A stretch of DNA of 64,000 nt from an uncultured Gammaproteobacteria bacterium (GTDB taxonomy: Bacteria > Patescibacteriota > Microgenomatia > UBA10105 > UBA927), in the NCBI GenBank assembly GCA_964515005.1, contig CAZEVT010000001.1:229616-293615 (forward strand). Reading direction: 5' to 3'. Below the pieces are notes generated by a model. It worked only from the letters and a program-made list of their open reading frames with translations. It was not told where the DNA came from and ran no database searches. Positions 10,200-18,756 of the stretch are shown in pieces (position 1 is the stretch's first letter; every line of letters begins with the position of its first letter). The position numbers and the translations under genes are program-made.

Positions 10200-10714
10200 A
10201 GCGAATACTTCTCCTATTGGCAATTGGTATTGTCACCCTCCTCACATTTTCTTCGCAAAAATCCATTGAGGTTACGAAAGAGGCTACCTCAAGCGGGTCG
10301 CTCACGGTTGTCAAAGAAGAATTCTCACGTGTTAGTCGGGTTATTGATGGGGATACTGTCGAAATAGAGGGAGGGCGGCGGGTTCGGTATATTGGTGTTG
10401 ATACTCCGGAGGTAGCTCACGAAACGAAACCCCAAGAATGCTTTGCAAAAGAAGCAAGTGAGATCAATTCGTCCATCGTGTCCGGGAGTACCGTTCGATT
10501 AGTTCCAGATATTTCGGATACGGATGATTATGGCAGACTTCTGCGATATGTGTATGTGGGAGATATCCTGGTCAATGAAGCGCTCGTCCGGCAAGGGGCC
10601 GCCCGCGCAACTCCCATCCGGCCCGACACCACATTTGCAAACCGTCTGTATGCGGCCCAGCAGGAGGCCCGCGAAAACAACAGGGGATTGTGGAGTGGGT
10701 GTCTTGCCCAGTAG
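10196..10714 (+). CDS. Secreted thermonuclease (staphylococcal nuclease/SNase-like)
   Basis: VIDGDTVEI...RVRYIGVDTPE and DRYGRLLRYVYV...NEALVRQGAARA SNase motifs; signal/TM N-terminus. Confidence 0.75.
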   Translation: MKRILLLLAIGIVTLLTFSSQKSIEVTKEATSSGSLTVVKEEFSRVSRVIDGDTVEIEGGRRVRYIGVDTPEVAHETKPQECFAKEASEINSSIVSGSTVRLVPDISDTDDYGRLLRYVYVGDILVNEALVRQGAARATPIRPDTTFANRLYAAQQEARENNRGLWSGCLAQ

Positions 10715-10723
10715 ACTGGATAT

Positions 10724-11911
10724 ATGAAGTTTAAGCTGCCCCGGCGTCCATGGCACCACTGGGTATTTGCTGTGGTGATTGCGGGTATTGTTGTGTTGAC
10801 TCTTGCCACGTGGGGCTTAAAGACTATTGTCGTTCTTCAGCAGAAACTTGCCGGTACAACCCGAGAAAAAGATACATTGTCGGAACAGATGGCTTCGATT
10901 TCGGCAGAACTTGCGAGTCTGCAACATGAGGATCAGTTCAAAAAGAACCAGCAGCTTTCAACTGACATCAAACAAATCGAGTCGACCTACTCCCAAACCG
11001 TTGTCGTCTACGAAGATCTTCTGCGTCTCAAAGAGGTCTCAAAAGATACAAAAAAATTTGATGACGGATTTGCCGCTATCCTTTCTCTTCTTGCAAAACG
11101 CGACTATACCAAGGCCGCCGCAAGCCTCTTGAGTCTTCGTGATGACATAAAGGCGGCGCAGGGTAAAATCGCCTCATCGTTTGTTATCCCGCCGAACGTG
11201 CCGGCAAGTAACGCCGCTCCGGGATCCGGCTACAGCAGACAATCGGTAACCACGGACGCCGGCACCTTTATGGTCAGTCTCATCGCCGCAGACTTGGGAA
11301 GTACCCGTGTGTATGTGGATACGGCCTCCGCAAGTACGTGTACCAACAATTGTCCGGTACTATCTCTTGCCGATTACGTCTCCCGCAACGGTGCGTTTGC
11401 AGGGGTCAACGGTTCGTATTTTTGTCCGGCGGACTATCCCAGCTGCAGCGGCAAAACCAATTCGTTTGATACGTTGCTGATGAACAAAAATAAAGTATAT
11501 TTTAATTCGGAAAACAATGTGTACAGCAATGTCCCGGCGGTCATATTCGGAAACGGATCTATCCGCTTTGTGGGGGCCTCGAGCCAGTGGGGACGCGATA
11601 CGGGGATCGATAGCATGATTGCCATGCAGCCGCTTCTTTTGTCCGGAGGCGCCATTGCCTTCGGCGCCAATAGTGATCCCAAAGAAGGATCCAAGGGAAG
11701 CCGGTCGTTTGTTGCGAGCCGCGGAAACACCGTCTACATAGGCGTCGTCCACAGTGCAACCGTTGCCGAGTCTGCGCGAGTGATGAAAGCCCTTGGCATG
11801 GACAACGCCCTTAATTTGGACGATGGAGGCTCCACCGCGCTCTGGTCCGGCGGCTACAAAGTCGGTCCGGGAAGAGCACTCCCGAACGCAATATTGTTTG
11901 TGAGAAAATAA
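10724..11911 (+). CDS. Phosphodiester glycosidase family protein (NAGPA-like) with N-terminal TM and coiled coil
   Basis: C-terminal NLDDGGSTALWSGGYKVGPGRALPNAILFV is characteristic of the phosphodiester glycosidase/DUF2233 family. Confidence 0.55.
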   Translation: MKFKLPRRPWHHWVFAVVIAGIVVLTLATWGLKTIVVLQQKLAGTTREKDTLSEQMASISAELASLQHEDQFKKNQQLSTDIKQIESTYSQTVVVYEDLLRLKEVSKDTKKFDDGFAAILSLLAKRDYTKAAASLLSLRDDIKAAQGKIASSFVIPPNVPASNAAPGSGYSRQSVTTDAGTFMVSLIAADLGSTRVYVDTASASTCTNNCPVLSLADYVSRNGAFAGVNGSYFCPADYPSCSGKTNSFDTLLMNKNKVYFNSENNVYSNVPAVIFGNGSIRFVGASSQWGRDTGIDSMIAMQPLLLSGGAIAFGANSDPKEGSKGSRSFVASRGNTVYIGVVHSATVAESARVMKALGMDNALNLDDGGSTALWSGGYKVGPGRALPNAILFVRK

Positions 11912-11952
11912 ACCTTGTAAAAAAACGCTGTCAATGAAACAATAACGGTGCC

Positions 11953-12816
11953 ATGCCAGATCCTATTTCTACTGACGATTTATATGGTCCATCCAATCCG
12001 CCGACACCGGAAGGGACGCCGCCCGCGCCCGCAGCGCCGCAAATCCCCATAGAAGAGACGCCGGAAATACCCATGCAGAAACCCAGCGTGCCGCCGCGCC
12101 CTGCGCATAAAGGATCGTTTTTATCCAGTCTTGGCGCGCTCATCATATTTGTCGGCCTGTTCGGTGTGGGCGTATGGCTGTCGAGTTACATTCGGCAGTA
12201 TATGCCCGACGGTTTAGTAGGTTTGACGCCCGCCCAGCAGGAAGTCGTCAGTGCCCCCACCCCGACGCCGATACCCGTTGATCCTCTAGCCTCGTGGAAA
12301 ACGTATCCGGTGATAAGCGGGGTAGCAAAGACTCCGGTTTCGGGGATTTCTTTCAGGCTTCCTCCAGATATGCTTGCCCCAGATTGCGATACGACCACCT
12401 GCATGTCGCAGGGGACCTATTTAACCGGTGGCACCAGACTGACCGTTGCCCCCCGCGGTACCGGTCAGGGGCTTGTTGATTTCCGCGGGAGCACCATAAC
12501 CGACGCGGCAGGAACATTCTTCACGACCAAAACAGCAGTCGTTGGGGGACACCGGGCTCTGTCGTTTACCGGAATATTCGCGGGTAAAACCGCGGGCGGA
12601 TACGGATTTTCCCAGATGCACGGATATATGATTGAGGCGACCCCCACGCTGTCTTTGGAAATCAATCACTTTACCCCGACCGGCGTGACTGCCGACTGGG
12701 CAAACGATGAGGCTCTTTTTGAACAGATTGTAGGAGCCCTCATGCTTCCTTCTGCCGCGCCAACAATTCCCATTGCGACCTCGACCCCCAAGCCCGCAAC
12801 AACATCAGGATATTAA
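11953..12816 (+). CDS. Proline-rich membrane-anchored hypothetical protein
   Basis: Pro-rich N-terminus, one TM (FLSSLGALIIFVGLFGVGVWL), Pro/Thr-rich linkers; no recognisable domain. Confidence 0.4.
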   Translation: MPDPISTDDLYGPSNPPTPEGTPPAPAAPQIPIEETPEIPMQKPSVPPRPAHKGSFLSSLGALIIFVGLFGVGVWLSSYIRQYMPDGLVGLTPAQQEVVSAPTPTPIPVDPLASWKTYPVISGVAKTPVSGISFRLPPDMLAPDCDTTTCMSQGTYLTGGTRLTVAPRGTGQGLVDFRGSTITDAAGTFFTTKTAVVGGHRALSFTGIFAGKTAGGYGFSQMHGYMIEATPTLSLEINHFTPTGVTADWANDEALFEQIVGALMLPSAAPTIPIATSTPKPATTSGY

Positions 12817-13370
12817 TAAAACGCGGTTAAAGGCTTCACTTGTGCAGGAGGTGTCATTTTAAAATTCATTACCTTAAGCTGAGCAGCCACAAGAGGCTCA
12901 TCATGTAACTTCGAATTAAAGCGAAATAATGACCATACGGTCTTTGTTAAAGGTTCTTTTGTCCCACCTCGCATTTCTGTACTAGATAATCTTGAAAGAT
13001 AAACTTCTGGAACGGAGGTTGTAAACCAATCATTTGTTTGAATATATTCATGTTCTGGGGAAGAATCTGATTCTCCTTGTCCATATAGTTTTGGTGATAA
13101 TGTATCCAAAAGTAATTTTTTGAAACGATCGAGCGAAGGGTGTTCTGGCGACGCATCGTCTGATACATGTCTCCATAAACCGCGTTGCTCTGCTTTTCCT
13201 TGTAAAACTTCTAGAACGCTATCCCGAGCTTCGTTTACCTCGTTATCATCATGGAGAACACCGGCTTTTTTATGCAGCTGCCTGTATTGCTTTTGTTCGA
13301 CTGGAGTTATTCGAAATGCGCTGATCGCATTGACTATTGATGCGTCTACTTCTTTCGCTAGGTCTGCCAT
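12813..13370 (-). CDS. Hypothetical protein (ORFan) in an AT-rich, compositionally atypical segment
   Basis: 185-aa ORF; local GC (~40%) is clearly below the flanking genes; no motif recognised. Confidence 0.4.
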   Translation of the reverse strand: MADLAKEVDASIVNAISAFRITPVEQKQYRQLHKKAGVLHDDNEVNEARDSVLEVLQGKAEQRGLWRHVSDDASPEHPSLDRFKKLLLDTLSPKLYGQGESDSSPEHEYIQTNDWFTTSVPEVYLSRLSSTEMRGGTKEPLTKTVWSLFRFNSKLHDEPLVAAQLKVMNFKMTPPAQVKPLTAFY

Positions 13371-13382
13371 ATGTGAGCAAAA

Positions 13383-15455
13383 TTATAGCACGGGCCACGG
13401 AGAAATGATAAGGGGAGTTTTTTCTTCGTGTGAAAGTTTGCTCCAGATCTCCTCCGTCACAAACGGCATGAACGGGTGGAGGAGAGTCAGTAACGTCTTA
13501 TAAGAATCCGAAAGTACAGAATAGGAGATTTCCTGCTTCTTATATGCTTCAAGGAACCTGTCTGCAAATGTGTGCCAAATGAATTCATACAGTTCTTCCG
13601 CGGCTTGACCAAATTGATAGGCGTCTAATCGTTTTGTCGTCGTTTTTACGATCGCAGATATTTCTGTCTGTAATTTTTTATCCAGCGGTGAGTCGTTTTC
13701 ATTTTTTGTTTCTATCGTCGTTATGAACCGTGCGATATTCCAGAGTTTGTTGGCAAAGTTGCGCATTCCCCGAATTTTATCTTCGGAGACGGATAGGTCA
13801 TTGCCCGCGGCCGACCCATGGACAAGCGACATGCGGAGCGCATCGGCGCCGTATTGGTCGACCATTTTAAGAGGATTGATCACATTCCCCTTGGATTTGC
13901 TCATTTTCGCACCCTTGGCATCACGAACCAAGCCATGGAGGTAGATTGTCCGGAAAGGCACCTCACGGGTCATGTACAGCCCCAGCATGAGCATGCGGCA
14001 TACCCATACGGGCAAAATATCATAGCCTGTTTCCATGACTGACGTCGGGTAAAAATATTCAAAGTCTCCGGGTTGATTTGCCTTCAGTGTCGCAAATGGC
14101 CATTGGCCGGAAGAAAACCATGTGTCAAAGTTGTCGGCGTCCTGCACAAGATTGGTTTTGCCGCACGCAATACACGCCGTTGGTGTTTCACCGCTTGTTA
14201 CGGTCCAGGCATTGCAATCATCGCAGTGCCAAGCCGGAATCCGAATGCCCCATACAATCTGCCGGGAAATATTCCAATCATGGAAATTGGTAAGCCACAT
14301 GGTGGCGATTTTTTCAAATCGTCTCGGGACAAAGGTAATTTTTTTCTCCTTAATGGCTTTTTTGGCTTCATCGGTTACCGGTTTTACTTTTATATGCCAC
14401 TGGGAAAGCGGCAAAGGTTCCAGGACGTTGCCGCACTTATAGCAGGTGGCAACGGTGTGTGTATAGGCGGCATCGATGTGATCCAAGAGTCCTTTGGCCT
14501 CCAAATCTTTTGCGACCTGTTCACGGGCGGCATTCACCTTCATGCCTTTATAGTGGCCTGCGATATCGGTGAGTCTGCCGTCAAAGCCTATGACCTGTTT
14601 CATCGGCAAGTCATGGCGTTTTCCAATTTCAAAATCCGTAAAGTCATGAGCGGGTGTAACTTTGGCAACGCCGGTCCCGAATGTCGGATCAATAGCGGCA
14701 TCGCCTACGACTTTCACCTTGAAAGGTCCGAGTAGTCCTTCAACCGTAATTTCTTTGCCGATCCACTGTTTGTACCGCTTGTCTTTTGGGTGGACTGCAA
14801 CCGCGGTGTCGCCGAATTTCGTTTCCGGGCGTACGGTTGCAAGAACGAACGGTCCATATTTCATGTAATACAACGGATCAGTGCGCTCCACGTGGACGAC
14901 TTCTAAATCGGAAAAGCTTGTGCCATCGCGCGTACAATAATTTACGAGCCCTGCGGCCCGGTACACCAAGCCGTCATCAAACATTTTTTTGAACGTTTGA
15001 TGGACAATCGCGACGATTTTCGGGTCCAAGGTAAAAGTATTTCGAGACCAGTCAAGCGAAAATCCAAGCCGCCGGAGCTGATTTTCCATGGTGCCGCGAT
15101 TGGCATGCACGAAGTCCCAGATATTTTTGTAGAGCGTCTCGCGGTCAAAATCAAAGCGGCTCTTGTTCTCTTTCCCTAGTTGTTTTTCGTACACATACTG
15201 CGTTTCGAATCCCGCGTGATCGGCGCCAGGGAGCCAGAGCGTGGGGTCTCCTTTCATTCGGTGGTAGCGAACCATGATATCTTCAACCACATACATCGCG
15301 TGCCCGAGGTGTAGGTCTGCATTGGCGTTCGGGGGAGGGAGGAGGACGGTAAAAGGTTTTTTCTTTTTATCAATCTTTGGCGAAAAATACCCCCCCTTTT
15401 CCCACAGTTCGTAGATTTTTCCTTCAACGGCCGCTGGATTGTACGCTTTGTCCAT
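13383..15455 (-). CDS. valS: Valyl-tRNA synthetase, short form lacking C-terminal coiled-coil
   Basis: HLGH (HIGH-type) motif, KMSKS motif, editing-domain region, N-terminus MDKAYNPAAVEGKIYELWEK; start at Met-13 of the ORF (ORF-track ATG at 15491 is the alternative). Confidence 0.9.
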   Translation of the reverse strand: MDKAYNPAAVEGKIYELWEKGGYFSPKIDKKKKPFTVLLPPPNANADLHLGHAMYVVEDIMVRYHRMKGDPTLWLPGADHAGFETQYVYEKQLGKENKSRFDFDRETLYKNIWDFVHANRGTMENQLRRLGFSLDWSRNTFTLDPKIVAIVHQTFKKMFDDGLVYRAAGLVNYCTRDGTSFSDLEVVHVERTDPLYYMKYGPFVLATVRPETKFGDTAVAVHPKDKRYKQWIGKEITVEGLLGPFKVKVVGDAAIDPTFGTGVAKVTPAHDFTDFEIGKRHDLPMKQVIGFDGRLTDIAGHYKGMKVNAAREQVAKDLEAKGLLDHIDAAYTHTVATCYKCGNVLEPLPLSQWHIKVKPVTDEAKKAIKEKKITFVPRRFEKIATMWLTNFHDWNISRQIVWGIRIPAWHCDDCNAWTVTSGETPTACIACGKTNLVQDADNFDTWFSSGQWPFATLKANQPGDFEYFYPTSVMETGYDILPVWVCRMLMLGLYMTREVPFRTIYLHGLVRDAKGAKMSKSKGNVINPLKMVDQYGADALRMSLVHGSAAGNDLSVSEDKIRGMRNFANKLWNIARFITTIETKNENDSPLDKKLQTEISAIVKTTTKRLDAYQFGQAAEELYEFIWHTFADRFLEAYKKQEISYSVLSDSYKTLLTLLHPFMPFVTEEIWSKLSHEEKTPLIISPWPVL

Positions 15456-15786
15456 GAGGCAATTGTACTCTAGGGGCGCGCTGTGCGGCAAGCGTACTGG
15501 TGTTACCAGTCTTTTGAGGAACTATCCCTGCGGGCGCCCAGGCCAGCCAACAATCCACTGAGCCACGGTTGGATGTGGTGTGGTCGTCCGTTCGGTTGGC
15601 TTCTGTCAGGACGCCTGAATAGTCGACGAATATTGCGGGCAAACAAATTTTGTTGCCGGGTGGTTGCATCATTACCCGCAAAGACGTCTTCAATACCGTC
15701 TGTAAGATGTGTTTGGGGAACTTCTATTGATATCTTTGCCATGACGGTGATTATACCGTCAGCACCAGGAGGCGACAAGCGGAGAA

Positions 15787-16647
15787 TTAGAGCTCTTCGA
15801 GTTTGACGGCATCGGTGGCTTTGTCCTTCACCAGTTCTAGGTACCGTTCGGTTGTGGAGAGTCGCTTGTGGCCGACGAGCTTACTAAGCGTTGTGATTGA
15901 GGTTCCCGCCATTAAATGGTGGGCGATGAAAGTGTGGCGCAAATCGTTGACCTTCGCGCCTTCAATTCCCGCGATTCTAAAGTATCGGTCAATCGCGGTC
16001 CTAATGTTGCGGATAAGAAGCGGCCTGCCGGTTTTGGTGATAAAGAGGGCCTTGCTTTGTGCGTTTGTATTTCGCGTGGAAACATACCTATCCAGCGCCT
16101 CCTTAGCCGCTTTATTCAAGGGCACATCGCGTTCAGCGTGGCCTTCCTGGGCCGCAACATGGAGCTCGGTGTCGCTGGCGTCCGGTACGGTTAAGGCCGC
16201 AAGCTCGCCGATTCTGATGCCGGTTTGAAGGAACAGTTCCACAATGGCGTACATTCGGATGTCTCCGCGGCACGCGTCCCGAAGGGCCCGGTATTCGATT
16301 TTAGAGAGAATCCGGGGTGGCTTGACCTCATATTTGGGATGCGCAATTTCAATCGCCGGATCCATGGTGACGGCGCCTGAAGCCTTTAAAAATCGGAAAA
16401 AGGTCTTGATGGAGTTGATTTTACGGGAGATCGACTTGGGCGTGTATTTGTCGCTTGCGAGTTTCTTCAAAAACGCCTCGAGTTCGTCGCGGGTGATCTC
16501 GCCAATCGTCTTTTTGCCCATATTGGTCAAAAACTGGACGACCTGTTCGATGTCTTTGCCGTATGCTACGATGGTAGCGCGGGCCCGCCTGCGGCTCGTC
16601 AGGTACTCGGTAAATTGCGTATGTGCGGTCTTCAGGTCAAGTGCCAT
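15787..16647 (-). CDS. xerD: Tyrosine-type site-specific recombinase (XerC/XerD-like)
   Basis: Phage-integrase SAM-like N-domain and catalytic region with R...HxxR...Y (LRHTFIAHHLMAG...RYLEL). Confidence 0.8.
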   Translation of the reverse strand: MALDLKTAHTQFTEYLTSRRRARATIVAYGKDIEQVVQFLTNMGKKTIGEITRDELEAFLKKLASDKYTPKSISRKINSIKTFFRFLKASGAVTMDPAIEIAHPKYEVKPPRILSKIEYRALRDACRGDIRMYAIVELFLQTGIRIGELAALTVPDASDTELHVAAQEGHAERDVPLNKAAKEALDRYVSTRNTNAQSKALFITKTGRPLLIRNIRTAIDRYFRIAGIEGAKVNDLRHTFIAHHLMAGTSITTLSKLVGHKRLSTTERYLELVKDKATDAVKLEEL

Positions 16648-16704
16648 ATGGGTATTAGAGTCCTATAATATCACGAAATACGCTTAAGTTCAAGGGAGAA
16701 TATT

Positions 16705-17073
16705 ATGCCTGAACATATTGTATTCAAAATAGCACGAAATAGGTACATACGAGGGCTTGTTCTCGTATTTTTGGTCCTCGTGGGAGTCGGGGTCCTGCGC
16801 ACAGTCTATACCATATCCCAAAAACAAGGAATTGTTGCCGAAAGGAAAGCGGTCCTTGAGGCTGAAGAGGCGAAAAACAGGGAGCTTACCGCACGCCTGG
16901 AGGAAGCCACAAGCGCGGCGTTTGTTGAACGGATTGCACGGGACAAGCTGGGGCTGGTTCGCGCGGGGGAGACGGTGATTATCATGGATAAATCACAAGT
17001 TTTAAACCTCAACGACAAAGGAAGGCTTCAAGAATTGCCTTCATGGAAGCAGTGGTGGGAGCTATTTTTCTAG
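16705..17073 (+). CDS. ftsB: Septum formation initiator FtsB/DivIC-like cell division protein
   Basis: Single TM, coiled coil, and ERIARDKLGLVRAGETVI signature of the FtsB/DivIC family. Confidence 0.6.
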   Translation: MPEHIVFKIARNRYIRGLVLVFLVLVGVGVLRTVYTISQKQGIVAERKAVLEAEEAKNRELTARLEEATSAAFVERIARDKLGLVRAGETVIIMDKSQVLNLNDKGRLQELPSWKQWWELFF

Positions 17074-17145
17074 TGCCAGCGGCAGGGATCGGACCTGCTA
17101 CCAATGCTTTATGATAGCATCGCTCTACCAATGAGCTACGCTGGC
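17074..17145 (-). tRNA. tRNA-Met (anticodon CAU; elongator-type or possibly tRNA-Ile2), CCA not encoded
   Basis: Folds by hand into a cloverleaf: acceptor GCCAGCG/CGCUGGC, D arm GCUC-AUUGGUA-GAGC, anticodon loop AUCAUAA, T arm GCAGG-UCCGAUC-CCUGC; no GGG/CCC anticodon stem, so not an initiator. Confidence 0.6.
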
Positions 17146-17285
17146 AATGAGATCCCTCGACTTCGCTCGGGATGATGACTACATCATTTTACCGGTTTTG
17201 AGGCCAAAAGGCAATTTAGGCCGCATCAAATGCGGCACAAAGGGCCGTAATCGTAAATAACGTGTAGTTATTTACGAACGAGCCC

Positions 17286-17834
17286 TTAGTACGTCGTGAT
17301 GTGAATGCGGGATTGAGAGAGATTGGCGGTGAACTTCAGCTGCGTTTTCATTTGGACCTGATAAAGCTTACTTCCTTTATCCAGGGTAATGGGGGAGGAG
17401 GTTAAAAGAATGGGTCCCGTGGTATCCATCGAGACATCGGAAAACCACACCGGATGCTTATCGGTCGCGTTAAACAGGCGCGCGTACGCGGTTTGATTGC
17501 CGGTTGGCACGGAAACCGTTGCTTCAAACACGACTTTTTTGATTTTAGGGTACTGCGCCGTGTCCACATATGCCGAGGCGCCGGCTACATCCGTCCACTC
17601 ATCGGTGACGTTCGTGCCAGTGCCTAGCGGCACAAAATACTCTTTGGCTGTTGACCCTGCGGTTCCGGTGAGTTTGTTGATGGCCGACAGACAAGCAGAC
17701 GGACAGGCCGATGCGGCGGTTGTTTGGCCAAGCACGAACGTCTCGTTCCGGAAATTTTTGATGACGAAATAGTTAAGCACGATGAGGTTGACCAGAATGA
17801 GAATCAGTGGCAACGAAAACTTTTTGGTTTTCAT
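17286..17834 (-). CDS. Secreted/membrane-anchored hypothetical protein
   Basis: N-terminal TM/signal; Thr/Ser-rich; 4-nt overlap with relE stop suggests co-transcription. Confidence 0.4.
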   Translation of the reverse strand: MKTKKFSLPLILILVNLIVLNYFVIKNFRNETFVLGQTTAASACPSACLSAINKLTGTAGSTAKEYFVPLGTGTNVTDEWTDVAGASAYVDTAQYPKIKKVVFEATVSVPTGNQTAYARLFNATDKHPVWFSDVSMDTTGPILLTSSPITLDKGSKLYQVQMKTQLKFTANLSQSRIHITTY

Positions 17835-18088
17835 TTATATACTCCTTGCCGGTGTTCGATTTTCACAACTCTCACTGTACTCGTTTTTACATCAAAACGA
17901 TAGATGATGCGATAATCTCCAACTCGATACTTATAATACCCTTTAAGTTCTCCATGTAATTTGATTCCGGAAATTGGATTTTGCTTTAAAGATGCGTAGG
18001 CATGGATAATCCGTTCCTGTGTTGATAAGGGAAATTTCAAAAAAAGCTTATCTGTGCTTCGTTCAACGACGAAATATCTAGCGGGCAT
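17831..18088 (-). CDS. relE: RelE/ParE-family type II toxin (mRNA interferase)
   Basis: 85 aa, C-terminal YRIIYRFD...VRVVKIEHRQ typical of RelE/StbE; overlaps upstream antitoxin. Confidence 0.75.
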   Translation of the reverse strand: MPARYFVVERSTDKLFLKFPLSTQERIIHAYASLKQNPISGIKLHGELKGYYKYRVGDYRIIYRFDVKTSTVRVVKIEHRQGVYK

Positions 18089-18350
18089 GAGATGTAAATC
18101 GTTTCTTTATATTTTTTAGGGTTACATAATTGCCTTTAGCGATTTCTTTTTCGGCTTTACGAATATCGCTCATTGAATGGGTGAGAGAGTAAATGGTTTC
18201 TTCCAGTTCATCAAGATAATCAGGGGATATGAGTGTGGCCTTAACCCGACCATTTTTTGTGACGTCCACACGGGTATATTCCTCGTCAATTTTATCAACG
18301 AGGGTAAGGAAATTTTTTCGAGCTTGGGTTACAGGAATAACATACGTCAT
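18078..18350 (-). CDS. yefM: Phd/YefM-family antitoxin
   Basis: MTYVIPVTQARKNFLTLVDKI N-terminus typical of YefM/Phd; precedes relE with overlap. Confidence 0.7.
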   Translation of the reverse strand: MTYVIPVTQARKNFLTLVDKIDEEYTRVDVTKNGRVKATLISPDYLDELEETIYSLTHSMSDIRKAEKEIAKGNYVTLKNIKKRFTSHAR

Positions 18351-18356
18351 AATGAA

Positions 18357-18386
18357 AGTGTACACTTAAATGTACACTTTGTCAAT
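18357..18386 (-). promoter_or_regulatory. Promoter/operator of yefM-relE: TTGACA-17nt-TACACT on the minus strand with two TGTACACTT direct repeats overlapping it
   Basis: Minus-strand read ...cATTGACAaagtgtacatttaagtgTACACTttcattATG; TGTACA cores match the known YefM operator type. Confidence 0.55.
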
Positions 18387-18423
18387 GAGTTGTCGTTTGA
18401 CGAGCATTGAGCTATAATAGGGT

Positions 18424-18745
18424 TGTTCTTTAGAAGAATCGCGGGGTAGTGTAGAGTAGCACAGAAGGCTCAATATGGGCCCGTCGATATGCAAGTATCG
18501 GATGAAAATTTGGCTGTATCGGTGAAACCCAGATCGGGCAATACCGAGGCAACCTCCGATTAATCGGAGAGAGTCCGTAGAGACTATACGCCAAACCCTC
18601 ACAATACAGTGAGGAGATGATATAGTCCGGCACTCCCAGGAATGGGAGAATAACAGAAAAGCATAATCTTCTAGACCAGGCGCGCCTCCTGGCCCCGCAA
18701 CCAAGACACAAAAAAGCGACCGGAAGGGTCGCTTTTTGTTTGATA
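18424..18745 (+). ncRNA. Candidate structured non-coding RNA (~320 nt) of unknown class
   Basis: Non-coding interval bounded by a plus-strand TTGTCG-17-TATAAT promoter (18390-18418) and a GC hairpin plus T-run terminator (18712-18745); many short perfect stem-loops, including a GGAA-capped one; no class could be assigned. Confidence 0.35.
18712..18745. terminator. Bidirectional intrinsic terminator (aaaaaaGCGACCggaaGGGTCGCtttttg)
   Basis: 6-bp GC stem with A-run upstream and T-run downstream; serves rbp (minus) and the plus-strand candidate RNA. Confidence 0.7.
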
Positions 18746-18756
18746 TACAAATTTGT

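Noticed and set aside
14073-14735. 220-aa plus-strand ORF inside valS
   Set aside because: It is antisense to a gene with unambiguous class I aaRS motifs.
15492-17145. XerD-like integrase + tRNA-Met as boundaries of an integrated element
   Set aside because: No direct repeat of the tRNA 3' end was found in the 15492-15786 intergenic region, and a housekeeping-looking ftsB-like gene lies between integrase and tRNA. Xer recombinases are commonly chromosomal.
18560-18670. RNase P RNA-like motifs (AGUCCGG..CUCC, ACAGAAAAGC, GGUGAAACC)
   Set aside because: The motifs occur in the wrong 5'-to-3' order and are only ~25-100 nt apart, so they cannot form P4, and no P1-P3 context exists. I left the region as an unclassified candidate RNA.
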